64,000 nucleotides of DNA from the NCBI GenBank assembly GCA_050298595.1, contig JBNKUM010000085.1, positions 32,001 to 96,000 on the forward strand, given 5' to 3'. The position numbers were made by a program, and so were the translations under genes. Of this stretch, positions 48,861-60,483 are shown in pieces. Numbering within the stretch: the first letter of the stretch is position 1; every line of letters starts with the position of its first letter. A model generated the notes under the pieces. That model was not told where the DNA came from. It worked only from the letters and a program-made list of their open reading frames with translations, and ran no database searches. The stretch comes from Gammaproteobacteria bacterium. Its GTDB lineage: Bacteria; Pseudomonadota; Gammaproteobacteria; GCA-001735895.

Positions 48861-49727
48861 ATGAGCAAAGCTAAAGCTTCCTTTATCGGTCTTGGTGTTA
48901 TGGGTTACCCCATGGCTGGACATCTGGCCAATGCCGGCTATCCAACCTGCGTTTATAACCGTACTACCTCGAAAGCTGAGCAATGGTGTCAGGATTACAG
49001 CGGCAGCTTTGCGGTTACACCGCGCGAAGCTGTAAAAGATGCCGATTTTGTTTTTGTCTGTGTCGGTAACGATGACGATCTGCGATCGGTTGTTTATGGT
49101 GACGATGGGGTTCTTGCCGGTGTGAAAGATACTGCGATTCTGGTAGATCATACAACCGCTTCGGCCAATGTCGCGCGTGAAATTGCACAAAAAGCATCGG
49201 TGGCATTTCTTGATGCACCAGTATCCGGTGGACAGGCCGGTGCCGAAAATGGTGTACTAACGGTCATGATCGGTGGGGATCCGGCAGCGTACGATGCAGC
49301 AAAACCAGTGATCTTGAGTTATGCACGCGCTGCTGAACTGATGGGTCCGGTTGGTTCGGGTCAGCTTACCAAAATGGTGAACCAGATATGCATCGCCAGT
49401 CTGGTTCAGGGTCTGTCCGAAGGTTTGAATTTTGCTCAGAAAGCCGGGCTCGATGGTGCAAAAGTCGTCGAGGTTATTTCAAAAGGTGCCGCAGGCTCCT
49501 GGCAGATGGAAAACCGCGGCTTAACCATGTTAAAAGACGAATTCGATTTTGGCTTTGCAGTCGACTGGATGCGTAAGGATCTGGATATCTGTCTGGCAGA
49601 AAGCAAAAAGAATGGCGCTCAGTTACCGGTCACAAAAATCGTCAATGATTATTATGCCGAAATTCAGGCCATGGGCGGTGGTCGCTGGGACACTTCCAGT
49701 CTGATTCGCCGTTTGACATCCTCATGA
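48861..49727 (+). CDS. 3-hydroxyisobutyrate dehydrogenase-family oxidoreductase
   Basis: GLGVMGYPMA, DAPVSGG, KMVNQ. Confidence 0.92.
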   Translation: MSKAKASFIGLGVMGYPMAGHLANAGYPTCVYNRTTSKAEQWCQDYSGSFAVTPREAVKDADFVFVCVGNDDDLRSVVYGDDGVLAGVKDTAILVDHTTASANVAREIAQKASVAFLDAPVSGGQAGAENGVLTVMIGGDPAAYDAAKPVILSYARAAELMGPVGSGQLTKMVNQICIASLVQGLSEGLNFAQKAGLDGAKVVEVISKGAAGSWQMENRGLTMLKDEFDFGFAVDWMRKDLDICLAESKKNGAQLPVTKIVNDYYAEIQAMGGGRWDTSSLIRRLTSS

Positions 49728-49730
49728 GTC

Positions 49731-51326
49731 TTAGTTGTCGCGTAACAGCCGCCGAAGCATCTTGCCCACCGCAGATTTAGGGACTTCATCAATAAAGACT
49801 ACTGACTTCGGCACCTTATAAGCTGTAAGGTACTCCTTGCAGTGCGAAATGACATCGGCTTCTGTGATTGTACTCTCTGCAGCCTTGACGACAAATAACT
49901 TCACCGCTTCACCTGTTCTTTCATCTGGCACACCCAGGCAGGCGCATTCAGCAACACCTTCGCATTTGCAGGCAACCTGCTCCACATCGTTGGGATAAAC
50001 GTTAAACCCGGATACGATCACCATATCCTTCTTACGATCAACAATCTGATAGTTGCCCTCGGTATCTACAATCGCAATATCACCTGTCCGAAAGTATCCA
50101 TCCAAGGTGAAAGCCTCAGCAGTTACTTCTGGCTTTTGATAATAGCCTTGCGTAACCTGAGGCCCCCTGGCAACCAGCTCACCGCGCTCGCCGACAGCAA
50201 CCTCATTATCTTCACTATCAACAAGCTTAATATGGGTTTGTGGTAGCGCCTTACCGATTTTGCCGGTAAATATACGCTCACTGGGTGATGCTAAGGTTAA
50301 CACCGGAGAGGTTTCGGATAACCCGTAACCCTGAATTAAAGGCAGGCCTGTGAAGCTTTGCCATTTATCGGAGGTACTCTCCATGGCTGCGGTGCCACCG
50401 TTAATGCAGGCCTTGAGTCTGGAAAAATCTACCTGAGCGAACTCGGGATGCATCATCAACCCTGCAAAAAGTGAGTTCACGCCATTGATGACGGTAAAGC
50501 CGCTTTGCTTGATAGCGTTTATGAAACTATCCATGTCGCGAGGATTAGTGATCAACACATTGTGAGAGCCACAGCCCGCATAGCTTAAGAAATTCATCAT
50601 TAGCGCGAAGATGTGGTAAAGGGGTAAAGCCGTGACGATGACCTCTTCATTTTCACGCGTTATCTCTGGACACATTTCGTATAACTGGGCAATGTTGGAC
50701 AATAGATTGCCGTGGGAAAGCATCGCGCCTTTGGATGGCCCCGTGGTGCCGCCGGTATATTGCAGAAAAGCAAGGTCATCGCGGGTAATGGCTACGGACT
50801 GAAATTCAAGTCCAGCACCCATGCTTATGGCATCAGAAAAATACACAAAATCCGTGATTGAAGTATCTACGGCGGGTGATGCCACTTCCATCCCGCTGCC
50901 ATCCCCTATATTGACGACGATCACATGCTTTATCGGGCAGATGTCCTTGATTGCCGCAAAAGATGCACTGCTTCCACTAAAGATCACTATGGTTTCAGCA
51001 CCTGAGTCATTCAGCTGATACTCTAATTCTGATGCGGTATATAGCGGGTTAATATTAACCTGTATAGCACCTGCTTTGAGAATACCCAGGGTGGCAATGG
51101 TAAACGCGGGCAAATTGGGGGTCATGATAGCCACCCGGTCTCCTTTGCTTACCCCTACGCTCTGCAAATAGGCTGCAAAAGCTTTTCCTTGCCGGGCAAG
51201 CTCAGAATATGAAAGCCTCATCTGGCCACAGGAAAAAGCATCTTTACCGGCATAAAGCGCTGTCGCCTCATCCAGAAACTGCCCTAAAGATTCACTTTGA
51301 CGACTACGCTCCAACGGTGTTGACAT
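49731..51326 (-). CDS. Long-chain fatty acid-CoA ligase (FadD-like)
   Basis: YTGGTTGPSKG, GYGLSETSP, TGDI, RKKDM. Confidence 0.92.
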   Translation of the reverse strand: MSTPLERSRQSESLGQFLDEATALYAGKDAFSCGQMRLSYSELARQGKAFAAYLQSVGVSKGDRVAIMTPNLPAFTIATLGILKAGAIQVNINPLYTASELEYQLNDSGAETIVIFSGSSASFAAIKDICPIKHVIVVNIGDGSGMEVASPAVDTSITDFVYFSDAISMGAGLEFQSVAITRDDLAFLQYTGGTTGPSKGAMLSHGNLLSNIAQLYEMCPEITRENEEVIVTALPLYHIFALMMNFLSYAGCGSHNVLITNPRDMDSFINAIKQSGFTVINGVNSLFAGLMMHPEFAQVDFSRLKACINGGTAAMESTSDKWQSFTGLPLIQGYGLSETSPVLTLASPSERIFTGKIGKALPQTHIKLVDSEDNEVAVGERGELVARGPQVTQGYYQKPEVTAEAFTLDGYFRTGDIAIVDTEGNYQIVDRKKDMVIVSGFNVYPNDVEQVACKCEGVAECACLGVPDERTGEAVKLFVVKAAESTITEADVISHCKEYLTAYKVPKSVVFIDEVPKSAVGKMLRRLLRDN

Positions 51327-51518
51327 GATAATACCTTCCAGTAATTCAACTTATTTAGCCATTATTAAATGCCAAAATCAGCTTGCTGTCGATGTCTGTT
51401 ACTGAATTAACTCCCGCTAAAGGCAGAAAACACGCCTGAGTATTACAATTGCTACAGCATCAATGCAGATTGCCTTACACTATTAACCTGATACTCACAT
51501 ACTACGAAGGGCATCTAA

Positions 51519-52175
51519 ATGCAGCTAATTATCGGCAATAAAAACTATTCATCCTGGTCTCTTCGACCCTGGTTATTACTCAGCCACTTCAATCTTGAAT
51601 TTGAAGAAATTCGTATACCGCTTGATAGCCCTGAATTTACGATCACTCTCTCTCAATATAGTGCTGCAGGCAAGGTACCGGTTTTGCAGGATAAAGGCGT
51701 AGAGATTTGGGACTCACTGGCAATCTGTGAATATATTTCCGAACAATATCTGGGTGGAAAAGGCTGGCCGGTCGACCCATTAGCCAGAGCGCAGGCTCGT
51801 TCGGCAAGTGCAGAAATGCATTCCAGTTTCATGGCTATCCGCAGTAGCATGCCGATGAATTGCCGTAGTTCCCGAGTGATTACTATCAGCCCAGAGATGC
51901 ACATGGAAATAGACAGAGTTGACCAGTTATGGAGTCAGCTACGTAATAACTATGGAACAAATGGGGATTTTCTGTTTGGTGAATTTAGCATCGCAGATTG
52001 CATGTTCGCCCCAATGGCCTCTCGCTTTAATACTTACCGACCTGAACTCAGTGAGACCAGTCAAAACTACGTCAAATCCGTAATTAATAATCCCGCTATG
52101 CAACAATGGTACGCACAGGCTGCTCAGGAAACAGAGGTACTAGAGAAAGAAGAAGCCGGTCAACCTCGAATCTAA
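51519..52175 (+). CDS. Glutathione S-transferase family protein
   Basis: NYSSWSLRPW, GKVP, DSLAICEY. Confidence 0.92.
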   Translation: MQLIIGNKNYSSWSLRPWLLLSHFNLEFEEIRIPLDSPEFTITLSQYSAAGKVPVLQDKGVEIWDSLAICEYISEQYLGGKGWPVDPLARAQARSASAEMHSSFMAIRSSMPMNCRSSRVITISPEMHMEIDRVDQLWSQLRNNYGTNGDFLFGEFSIADCMFAPMASRFNTYRPELSETSQNYVKSVINNPAMQQWYAQAAQETEVLEKEEAGQPRI

Positions 52176-52185
52176 CCTGGCCTGT

Positions 52186-53982
52186 ATGTCAGTCAGAAAA
52201 TCTTCCAAAATCATTACCCTGACCGGGGTTCTACTGATGTTATCGGTAGCTTCCTGGGTCAGCTATGTGCTGAGCTGGCGCAGTGGAATTGATCAACTAA
52301 GCGCGCATAATCAGCAGCAACTGGAACAATTTGTAGGCCACCTTGAATCCCAACTGGCGCGCTTTCAATTTATCCCCGAGTTGATTGCCAAAAACCAGCT
52401 GCTAATTGAAGCGCTCAACGACCCTGGAAATAGCGCGCGCATGAATCTGGTGAATCACTTTCTCGAGGAAGTAAATATCATAACCGGCGCATCAGATACT
52501 TATCTTATGGATAAAGGGGGCATGACCCTGGCTGCCAGCAACTGGCAGGAAAAACCCACTTTTGTCGGACGCAATTTCAGTTTCCGTCCTTACTTCATCG
52601 AAGCTATGCAAGGTAAGCGAGGGCATTACTTCGCACTCGGCACTACCTCTGGTGAACGTGGATATTATTTTGCATACCCGCTGGTTTATGCCGCTGAAGT
52701 GATTGGCGTCATCGTGCTTAAAATGGATCTTACTCATATCGAACAACGCTGGTCAAATCGTGAAACTCAATTCATGGTAGTAGATGATGATGGCATCATA
52801 TTTATAACCACTCAGCCAGACTGGCTGTATCACAGCATTCATCCTTTATCACAGCAAAAAGTAGAACAGATCTTATCCAGTCGTCGCTATGGCGATATCC
52901 GCATCAAACCAATGAGCTATCAAACCAGCCCCTTATCTTTTGAGCAAAACATCATCACCCAGATAGTCAGCCCAGCAACTGAAAAACCACAACAGTACCT
53001 GACACACAGCTACGCTATGCCAAAAGCTGGCTGGACCGTCTACATTCTGGCACCTTTAGATAAAACCAATCAGGGCAGTGTCATTGCCATGATTATCATA
53101 CTGTTAATTGGAATACTAATGATACTGACCGCGGCACTGACCTGGCAAAGACGCCGCAGACGACAGGAGCGTGATCGTTTTCAACTTGAATCTCAGAAAA
53201 AACTGGAGCAGGAAGTCAGCATACGCACAGCCGATCTGGTGAATGAAATCGAGGAGCATAAGCATACCGAACAAATTCTACGCGACACTCAGCATGAATT
53301 AATCCAGACTGCTAAACTTGCGGTTCTAGGTCAGATGTCAGCCAGCATTAGTCATGAATTGAATAACCCCCTGGCTGCCATTCGCAGCTATGCCGATAAT
53401 GCACGACAATTCCTCAACCTGAATAAAATCACTCAGGCCGATGAAAACCTGTCACGCATTGCTGATCTCACTGAACGCATGGGAAAAATCAGTTCACAGC
53501 TAAAATTCTTTGCGCGCAAATCTAGTGGCAACCTGGAAACTGTGTTCATCGAATATGTCATTCAGAGCTCTATCGATATTACTTCGCCACAACGAAAAAA
53601 TTCCAGTATCAAATTTTTTACCGATAATATTCAAGCTGGATTGAGCGTACGAGCAGATCATATTCAACTGGAACAGGTACTGGTCAACCTGATCAATAAT
53701 GCAGTAAATGCATTAAGCAATCAGCAGCAGGGAGAAGTTCATATCTCTACCGAGAAAATGAATACTCAGGTGATGATACATGTGGCAGATAATGGTCCTG
53801 GCATCGATGAAGACAATCTTGAATGCATCTTTGACCCGTTTTTTACCACACGCAAGTCCGGCCTTGGTCTTGGCCTGTCTATTTCCTCCAGAATTATCGA
53901 CAGTATGAATGGTAAACTATCAGCAGTTAATCAAAAACAGGGCGGCGCATGTTTTAGCATTGCCTTACCCAGCGCGGAGTAA
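52186..53982 (+). CDS. dctB: DctB-like sensor histidine kinase
   Basis: FRPYF Cache sensor, SHELNNPL H-box, DPFFTT. Confidence 0.85.
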   Translation: MSVRKSSKIITLTGVLLMLSVASWVSYVLSWRSGIDQLSAHNQQQLEQFVGHLESQLARFQFIPELIAKNQLLIEALNDPGNSARMNLVNHFLEEVNIITGASDTYLMDKGGMTLAASNWQEKPTFVGRNFSFRPYFIEAMQGKRGHYFALGTTSGERGYYFAYPLVYAAEVIGVIVLKMDLTHIEQRWSNRETQFMVVDDDGIIFITTQPDWLYHSIHPLSQQKVEQILSSRRYGDIRIKPMSYQTSPLSFEQNIITQIVSPATEKPQQYLTHSYAMPKAGWTVYILAPLDKTNQGSVIAMIIILLIGILMILTAALTWQRRRRRQERDRFQLESQKKLEQEVSIRTADLVNEIEEHKHTEQILRDTQHELIQTAKLAVLGQMSASISHELNNPLAAIRSYADNARQFLNLNKITQADENLSRIADLTERMGKISSQLKFFARKSSGNLETVFIEYVIQSSIDITSPQRKNSSIKFFTDNIQAGLSVRADHIQLEQVLVNLINNAVNALSNQQQGEVHISTEKMNTQVMIHVADNGPGIDEDNLECIFDPFFTTRKSGLGLGLSISSRIIDSMNGKLSAVNQKQGGACFSIALPSAE

Positions 53983-53986
53983 AAAG

Positions 53987-55336
53987 ATGTCACAGCAGGC
54001 AGAAGTATTCTTTATCGACGATGAACAGGATTTGCGCCTGGCCAATGAGCAGACCCTGCAACTGGCAGGCCTGTCGGTTGAGTTGTTTGAAAAAGCCGAA
54101 GATGCCTTACCCTTACTGGATAAAAACTGGACTGGCGTAGTCGTCTGCGATATACGCTTACCCGGCATGGATGGCCTGAGTCTGCTCAATCAAACCCAGC
54201 TGATGGACAAAGATTTACCGGTGATCTTAATCACTGGACACGGCGATATATCGATGGCAGTAGATGCCATGCAAAAGGGTGCCTACGACTTTATCGAAAA
54301 GCCATTTTCTGCTGAACGCTTACTGGATACGGTTCGCCGCGCACTGGAAAAGCGCCGTCTGACTCTGGAGAACCGAAAACTCAAAAGCGAATTACAGGTT
54401 CAGGATGTACTCGGCCCCAGGATTATTGGTAAAACTCCTGTGATTCAGGCACTTCGGGACACCATCAATCAACTTGCGGATACCCGTGCAGATATTCTGT
54501 TATTGGGCGAAACCGGTACTGGCAAGGAATTAGTAGCGCGCTCCTTACACGAACAAAGCAGTCGGCGTGATAAAAACTTCGTTGCGGTCAATTGTGGCGC
54601 GATCCCCGAAAACCTGATCGAAAGCGAATTATTCGGCCACCAGAAAGGTGCCTTTACCGGCGCGGAAACCGAGCGTATTGGCAAGTTTGAATACGCCGAA
54701 GGCGGCACAGTTTTTCTGGATGAAATTGAATCCATGCCCTTACCCGCTCAGGTACGCCTGTTAAGGGTATTACAGGAACGAGCGCTAGAAAGGCTAGGCT
54801 CTAATGAATCCATTCAGCTGGATATTCGAATCATTGCAGCCAGTAAGGTCGATCTTCGCCAGGCTTCAGATGCAGGAACCTTTCGTGAAGATCTGTATTA
54901 CCGTTTGAATGTAGTCACCCTCGAACTACCCCCATTACGCGAGCGGCGCGAAGATATTCCCCGATTATTCCAGCACTTCCTGTTAGTTGCCTCTGCCCGT
55001 TACGGTAAAGAAGCACCTGCCATGCCACCCCAGATTAGCCAGAAACTAATGGCATTCAACTGGCCTGGCAATGTGCGTGAACTGCGTAATACCGCCGAGC
55101 GCTATGTATTACTTGGGGACGGATGTGGCTTAAAACTGGATGACTCGTCGCAGGCACCCTTTTCCGCTATGACCCTGCCCGAACATGTTGAGGCCTTTGA
55201 ACGAGCGCTGATAGAACAGGCTCTGTCTGAAAGTGGAGGCATTATCAAAAACACCATGGAATTACTCGGACTGGCACGCAAGACCCTGTACGACAAAATG
55301 CAGAAATATGGGCTGGATAAAACCGCGTATAAATGA
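53987..55336 (+). CDS. dctD: DctD-like sigma54 response regulator
   Basis: Receiver domain (IDDE, CDIRLP), GETGTGKE, GAFTGA; likely start ATG 53987. Confidence 0.88.
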   Translation: MSQQAEVFFIDDEQDLRLANEQTLQLAGLSVELFEKAEDALPLLDKNWTGVVVCDIRLPGMDGLSLLNQTQLMDKDLPVILITGHGDISMAVDAMQKGAYDFIEKPFSAERLLDTVRRALEKRRLTLENRKLKSELQVQDVLGPRIIGKTPVIQALRDTINQLADTRADILLLGETGTGKELVARSLHEQSSRRDKNFVAVNCGAIPENLIESELFGHQKGAFTGAETERIGKFEYAEGGTVFLDEIESMPLPAQVRLLRVLQERALERLGSNESIQLDIRIIAASKVDLRQASDAGTFREDLYYRLNVVTLELPPLRERREDIPRLFQHFLLVASARYGKEAPAMPPQISQKLMAFNWPGNVRELRNTAERYVLLGDGCGLKLDDSSQAPFSAMTLPEHVEAFERALIEQALSESGGIIKNTMELLGLARKTLYDKMQKYGLDKTAYK

Positions 55337-55340
55337 GCCG

Positions 55341-55976
55341 TCAGCTAGCTGTGTGTGCGGCAACCCATAGTTGAATCAGACGCATGCCAGAGTGCTGTAT
55401 ACTATCACCAAACAGGATTACCCCGTCCTCATGGCCGCCCATTATTAGCGTGTCACATTCAATGAGTTTGCTGTGCTGATACAGACGCTGCACTTCCTGA
55501 GCCATTTTTACTGTACCATATTCCACATCGGCTGCAGTTGTCGGATAGCCATGTTGTAACCCGAATTGCCACAACAACGGATCATGAATATGGAACACGC
55601 TCTGGATAGCAGGGTTTAGTTGATAAATCATTGCGTGACTTAACGCCTCAGAAGAAGGTGGTAAACAACCCAACGCCTGTATTCGATTGCTAGCAATATC
55701 AAAAGCTTCAACCAGAGTGTAATGCGAGGCATCCAGCTTTGGCACAGACCCGGTCTGCGATGCCGAAATGATAAATTGTTCTGTTTTCTCAACACATCTC
55801 TGGCTGAGATTTCCGAATCCATAGCCCAGATAACGGTCTTCCTGCTGTCCAATCAAACCCAGACCATACATTATTGAGCGCCAGTAATTTAGCTCACTAA
55901 GGTCCTGCTGTACAGGCTCTGATGCCTTAAAATCAAGCCGATACTTAATGACGCCTTCTGATTCCTGCACAGACAA
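55341..55976 (-). CDS. Class II aldolase/adducin family protein
   Basis: GNLS, PSSEALSH, HIH, GHEDG. Confidence 0.82.
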   Translation of the reverse strand: MSVQESEGVIKYRLDFKASEPVQQDLSELNYWRSIMYGLGLIGQQEDRYLGYGFGNLSQRCVEKTEQFIISASQTGSVPKLDASHYTLVEAFDIASNRIQALGCLPPSSEALSHAMIYQLNPAIQSVFHIHDPLLWQFGLQHGYPTTAADVEYGTVKMAQEVQRLYQHSKLIECDTLIMGGHEDGVILFGDSIQHSGMRLIQLWVAAHTAS

Positions 55977-56140
55977 ACACCTCGGATATTAGTAAACTAT
56001 TTCAAAAAAACCACATTATTTGTCTGAGAACTGACATAGGTCAATTAAATTATTTTAAGGGGTCGGAACCCTTAATTGCCGAGTGTGACCACTTGATATA
56101 CACTATAGCATCATTTACATATCAGCAAGAGGATTACGCG

Positions 56141-56833
56141 ATGCCGAGAAAACCGAGATTTTATCTTCCGAATTACCCAGTGCATATCGTTCAACGTGGA
56201 CATAACAAGAACAATGTATTTTTTGAACCTGATGATTACAAAGTATACCTTGACTGGTTACAGGAAGGTTCAGAATGGTACGAAGTTCCAATTCATGCCT
56301 ATGCTTTACTTCCCAATGAGATTCATATTCTGGCCTCTCCAGGCGATAAAGAATCTGCCAGCCGCATGATGCAATACCAGGGGCGTAGATACGTTCCATA
56401 CATCAATAGCACCTATGACAAGACAGGCACTATCTGGCAAGGCCGCTACAAGGCCAGCCTGATCGACCCTGATACTTATCTGGTTAACTGCATGCTACAT
56501 ATTGAAAGCCTGCCAGTTAAAGAAGGGTTAGCTAAATCACCTGCGCCTTACAAATGGTCTAGTCACAAAGCTAATGCTCAGGGTAAAAAGAATGCATTGA
56601 TCACCCCTCATGCTGCTTTTAAGGCTCTAGCCAAAGGTGATGCCAAGCGCATGGAAAAATATACGGCCATGGCCAAGACCGGATTGTCAGATGAAATCAA
56701 TACCAATATTCAGGATGCCTGGCAAACTGGCACGCCATTGGGTTCTGATAAATTCAAAGCCATGGTAGAGCAAAAGCTGAATATCAAAGTGGGCCACTCT
56801 AAACGCGGTCGCCCACGTAAAAGCGCAGCCTGA
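56141..56833 (+). CDS. RAYT/Y1 transposase homologue with substituted catalytic residues
   Basis: MPRKPR, HIVQRGHNK, WQGRYKA; HUH position reads NEIH and the Tyr motif reads LHIESLP. Confidence 0.85.
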   Translation: MPRKPRFYLPNYPVHIVQRGHNKNNVFFEPDDYKVYLDWLQEGSEWYEVPIHAYALLPNEIHILASPGDKESASRMMQYQGRRYVPYINSTYDKTGTIWQGRYKASLIDPDTYLVNCMLHIESLPVKEGLAKSPAPYKWSSHKANAQGKKNALITPHAAFKALAKGDAKRMEKYTAMAKTGLSDEINTNIQDAWQTGTPLGSDKFKAMVEQKLNIKVGHSKRGRPRKSAA

Positions 56834-56853
56834 TATTGTACTATCAGCACCAC

Positions 56854-56888
56854 AAAAAAGGCGCCGCTCGATTGACCGGCGCCTTTTA
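56854..56888. terminator. Bidirectional terminator
   Basis: AAAAAAGGCGCCG...CGGCGCCTTTT between convergent genes. Confidence 0.75.
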
Positions 56889-56910
56889 ATGTCAGTTATA
56901 AGAAGTGTCG

Positions 56911-57963
56911 TTAGAGCATAGGGGGCTCTTCATTAATATCATCATCATACTGGGGGTTATGCTCTTCCTGAAACACCTCGACCATTTCTGCAGCACTATC
57001 CGGCTCACTAAAAATGGCTATATGAAATAGAGCCTCTCCTTCGTTCACCAATGGCAGGTTAGTTCGACCAATCACTATACCGGATGCAGTCGCCAGCACT
57101 GCTTGCTCATGTTTTCCCAATGGGTCAGATACCCAGCCGATAACTGCTTTCTTCCTTACCTGGGTACCAAGTGCAACTATAGATCGTAAGATACCGCTTT
57201 GAGGCGCTCGTACCCATAAAGTATTGTTCGCAATCAGCGGCTCTGACATAGCCGTTCGTTTTTTCCTGGATGCTGGCAGCATGCCTAAATATCGCATCAC
57301 ACGGGTAATACCTGTAACTCCGGCACGAATGGATAGCTCATTGAATCTCAGCGCTTCACCTGCTTCATAAAGTAAAACAGGGATACCATCCTCAGCCACA
57401 GCTTCACGTAATGAACCATCGCGTAACTCAGCATTAATGATCACTGGCGCACCGAATGCCCGGGCCATTTCTTCAGTTTGTATAGAGTTATGTACCTTAG
57501 CCCTTACTTGCGGCAGATTTTCGCGCCCCTGAGCACCGGTATGGAGGTCAATCCCGTGGGTACATTGCCTGACTACTTCATGCATAAAGGTATACGCCAG
57601 GCGGGCAGCCATCGACCCCTTTTCTGAGCCTGGAAATGAACGGTTTAGATCACGACGATCTGGAAGATATCTCGATCGCGTAATGAACCCATACACATTC
57701 ACCACCGGCACCACAATGAGTGCGCCCTTAATCTTATAGATATTTTTTTTCAGCAGTAACCTGCGAATAATTTCAACACCATTAATTTCATCACCGTGAA
57801 TGGCGGCACTTACAAAAAGTACTGATCCATTACGCTTTCCGTTGATGACATACACCGGCATAGAAACGGGTGAATGCGAATACAGCTCAGGTAAGGGAAT
57901 TTCGATAGATTGATGCTGCCCGGGTTCAACCTTTATACCACCCAGAATGATGGTGCCTGGCAT
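56911..57963 (-). CDS. Succinylglutamate desuccinylase/aspartoacylase family peptidase
   Basis: HGDEING, DLNRSFPG, IDLHTG. Confidence 0.9.
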   Translation of the reverse strand: MPGTIILGGIKVEPGQHQSIEIPLPELYSHSPVSMPVYVINGKRNGSVLFVSAAIHGDEINGVEIIRRLLLKKNIYKIKGALIVVPVVNVYGFITRSRYLPDRRDLNRSFPGSEKGSMAARLAYTFMHEVVRQCTHGIDLHTGAQGRENLPQVRAKVHNSIQTEEMARAFGAPVIINAELRDGSLREAVAEDGIPVLLYEAGEALRFNELSIRAGVTGITRVMRYLGMLPASRKKRTAMSEPLIANNTLWVRAPQSGILRSIVALGTQVRKKAVIGWVSDPLGKHEQAVLATASGIVIGRTNLPLVNEGEALFHIAIFSEPDSAAEMVEVFQEEHNPQYDDDINEEPPML

Positions 57964-57966
57964 GGC

Positions 57967-58872
57967 TCACCCCTTACCCTTGGTTGCAGTTCGTCCCTGT
58001 TTGCTGTTAGTTTCGAGAAATCCAATAATCATCCCGGCAACATCCTTGCCAGTAGCTTCTTCAATGCCCTGTAGTCCAGGAGATGAATTTACTTCCATCA
58101 CCACTGGACCGTGATTCGAGCGTAATAAGTCAACACCGGCGACATTCAATCCCATGATTTTGGCTGCGCGTACTGCTGTTGAGCGCTCTTCGGGTGTAAT
58201 GCGAATCAGTGTCGCAGAACCACCTCTATGCAGGTTAGAGCGGAATTCACCCGCCACCGCCTGTCGTTTCATTGCAGCGACTACCTTTCCGCCAATGATA
58301 AAACAACGAATATCTGCACCGCCGGCTTCCTTGATATATTCCTGCACCAGAATATCCGCCTTCACGCCCATAAAACCTTCGATCACACTTTCGGCTGCTT
58401 TCTGGGTTTCTGCCAGCACCACACCTATACCTTGAGTACCCTGCAATAATTTAATCACCAGCGGTGCACCACCAACCATTTTAATAAGATCTTTAATATC
58501 GTCTGGCTTGTTTGCAAAACCGGTAACTGGCATGCCGATACCGCGTCTCGACAGTAACTGCATGGAACGTAATTTATCTCTGGAACGGGTAATCGCAACT
58601 GATTCATTCAAAGGATATACCCCTCCCATTTCAAACTGCCGTACTACTGAAGTACCATAGAAAGTCACTGATGCACCAATACGTGGAATTACTGCATCAA
58701 ACCCTGTTAATTCTTCGCTTCGATAATGAATGGTGGGCTTATGCGAGGCGATATTCATATAGCATCGTAATACATCGATGGTTTGAATTTCATGACCTCG
58801 TGCCTTTGCCGCCTCTACCAGACGACGGGTCGAGTAGAGATTCTTATTTCTCGATAATAGTGCAATTTTCAT
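57967..58872 (-). CDS. rimK: Ribosomal protein S6 glutamate ligase
   Basis: [32 protein letters not shown]; start ATG 58872. Confidence 0.95.
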   Translation of the reverse strand: MKIALLSRNKNLYSTRRLVEAAKARGHEIQTIDVLRCYMNIASHKPTIHYRSEELTGFDAVIPRIGASVTFYGTSVVRQFEMGGVYPLNESVAITRSRDKLRSMQLLSRRGIGMPVTGFANKPDDIKDLIKMVGGAPLVIKLLQGTQGIGVVLAETQKAAESVIEGFMGVKADILVQEYIKEAGGADIRCFIIGGKVVAAMKRQAVAGEFRSNLHRGGSATLIRITPEERSTAVRAAKIMGLNVAGVDLLRSNHGPVVMEVNSSPGLQGIEEATGKDVAGMIIGFLETNSKQGRTATKGKG

Positions 58873-58909
58873 AGTACTTATTCCGCAATATGCGTTGAAT
58901 TTTGAATTT

Positions 58910-59368
58910 CTAGATGCTGTACAAAGCAACTGCGTCCACTCTGCCACATAAGAAAGAGGCCGCTGGATCTACCACAATATTTTTCTCCATCGCCTCGCGC
59001 CCCAAAAGCATACGAAAGCGCATACTGTCACGGTTGGTGAGTGTTAGCTGTATAGGTATTTTTAGTTCAGCAAGTTGCATATGTGTTTCTATCACATAGC
59101 GCATTTCCCTATGTCCACCCGAATCGGTAACCTGACGCTGATCCAGTAACGGGGCTTCACACTCTACGACTAATGAATTGTTTTTCTGCAAAGGATGCAT
59201 CTTAAAACGCACATAATCCTTACCTGATCTCTGGAAAGGATCAACCTGAAACGCATGCAAAGCTGAAGTTTTTGCGCCAGTATCCACCTTGGCCTTTATC
59301 GCGGGCAAGCCCAAATCAGGTAATGCCAGCCATTCGCGCCAGCCCACAGTAAGTAGACTATTCATCAA
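58910..59368 (-). CDS. RimB-like retropepsin-fold protease
   Basis: [22 protein letters not shown]. Confidence 0.88.
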   Translation of the reverse strand: MMNSLLTVGWREWLALPDLGLPAIKAKVDTGAKTSALHAFQVDPFQRSGKDYVRFKMHPLQKNNSLVVECEAPLLDQRQVTDSGGHREMRYVIETHMQLAELKIPIQLTLTNRDSMRFRMLLGREAMEKNIVVDPAASFLCGRVDAVALYSI

Positions 59369-59405
59369 TATTTACCAGGTTTAAATGCGTTTTTTAGCGC
59401 TCAGG

Positions 59406-60326
59406 TTATTCCCATTCCAGTTCAGTATACACCTTCAAGGCGTTACGACCGGCTAAGGTATCGAAGTTTGATAAATAGCTGAATTCACTGAAATCCAGCT
59501 GTGCAATATCGCTAGCATCACCACCCTCCTGCATAAAAGCAGAGACTTTATCTCGTAGTGCTAACAGATAAAGATAGGTGTCTTTTTTGGCTACCGCGAG
59601 AGCAACAGGGTGTCCATGGCCGGGTACTACATGCTCGGGTTTATAGGCTGCCATCGATTCAAATACCTGCACCCAGCTCTTGCTATTAGACTGCTCGCCT
59701 ACACCCAGCATGCGTTCGACATAAACAATATCACCACTAAACATGACCGATCGATCAGCTAGCCAGATATAAGCATCGCCCGGGGTATGTGCCTGTCCTA
59801 CATGATGAATCTCGAACTTAACTCCACCCAGAATCAGTTCATAATCTTTTTCAAACAGGATATCGGCAAACTTTTCCTCAGTGCCTATGAATTTCTCATC
59901 GCCAATAAGAGAGGTCAGGTAACTTATCTGGTTACTCACTCGCTGCTGGTGATCAGCTCGCGCATCTTTACTGGAAATAATTTTGGCACCCTGAGCGCTG
60001 AAATAACTATTACCGAACCAGCGATGATCCTGACCGCCGCTATTGATGACATAGCGCACAGGTTTATCGGTGACTTTTTTTATCGCCTGATGGATTCTTT
60101 GAGCGCCCAGAAAGCTACCGCCAGAATCGATTAATACTACACCCTCGCTAGTGACAACAAAACCAAAGGTGGCATTATTACCCAGATTCTGTGGTGTTCG
60201 ATTAGTAATCGGACCCACCAGGGCATACACATTTTTTGCGACCTTAACCAGTTCCAGGTCATCGGCCTGAGCGACTGAAACAGTCATCAGCGCCAGGAAC
60301 AAAATACATTGAATGAAAAACCTCAT
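59406..60326 (-). CDS. Secreted MBL-fold protein (SoxH-like)
   Basis: Signal peptide; SGGQDHRWFGN, AHTPGD, GDIV, PGHG. Confidence 0.82.
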   Translation of the reverse strand: MRFFIQCILFLALMTVSVAQADDLELVKVAKNVYALVGPITNRTPQNLGNNATFGFVVTSEGVVLIDSGGSFLGAQRIHQAIKKVTDKPVRYVINSGGQDHRWFGNSYFSAQGAKIISSKDARADHQQRVSNQISYLTSLIGDEKFIGTEEKFADILFEKDYELILGGVKFEIHHVGQAHTPGDAYIWLADRSVMFSGDIVYVERMLGVGEQSNSKSWVQVFESMAAYKPEHVVPGHGHPVALAVAKKDTYLYLLALRDKVSAFMQEGGDASDIAQLDFSEFSYLSNFDTLAGRNALKVYTELEWE

Positions 60327-60432
60327 CTTTAAATACCTTTATTTTTCTAGTTAAAAGATTGTAAGCTATTTTTCAATTGCTGGCAGAATCACTCTACCTG
60401 CTTTTATGGGTGTGACAATATTTTTTCTGAGC

Positions 60433-60461
60433 AAAAAAAAACCGGGCTTCAAGCCCGGCTT
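60433..60461 (-). terminator. rpsT terminator
   Basis: CCGGGCT-TGA-AGCCCGG followed by a T run on the minus strand. Confidence 0.8.
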
Positions 60462-60483
60462 CTTCGAGATTAAATCTGTTAGC

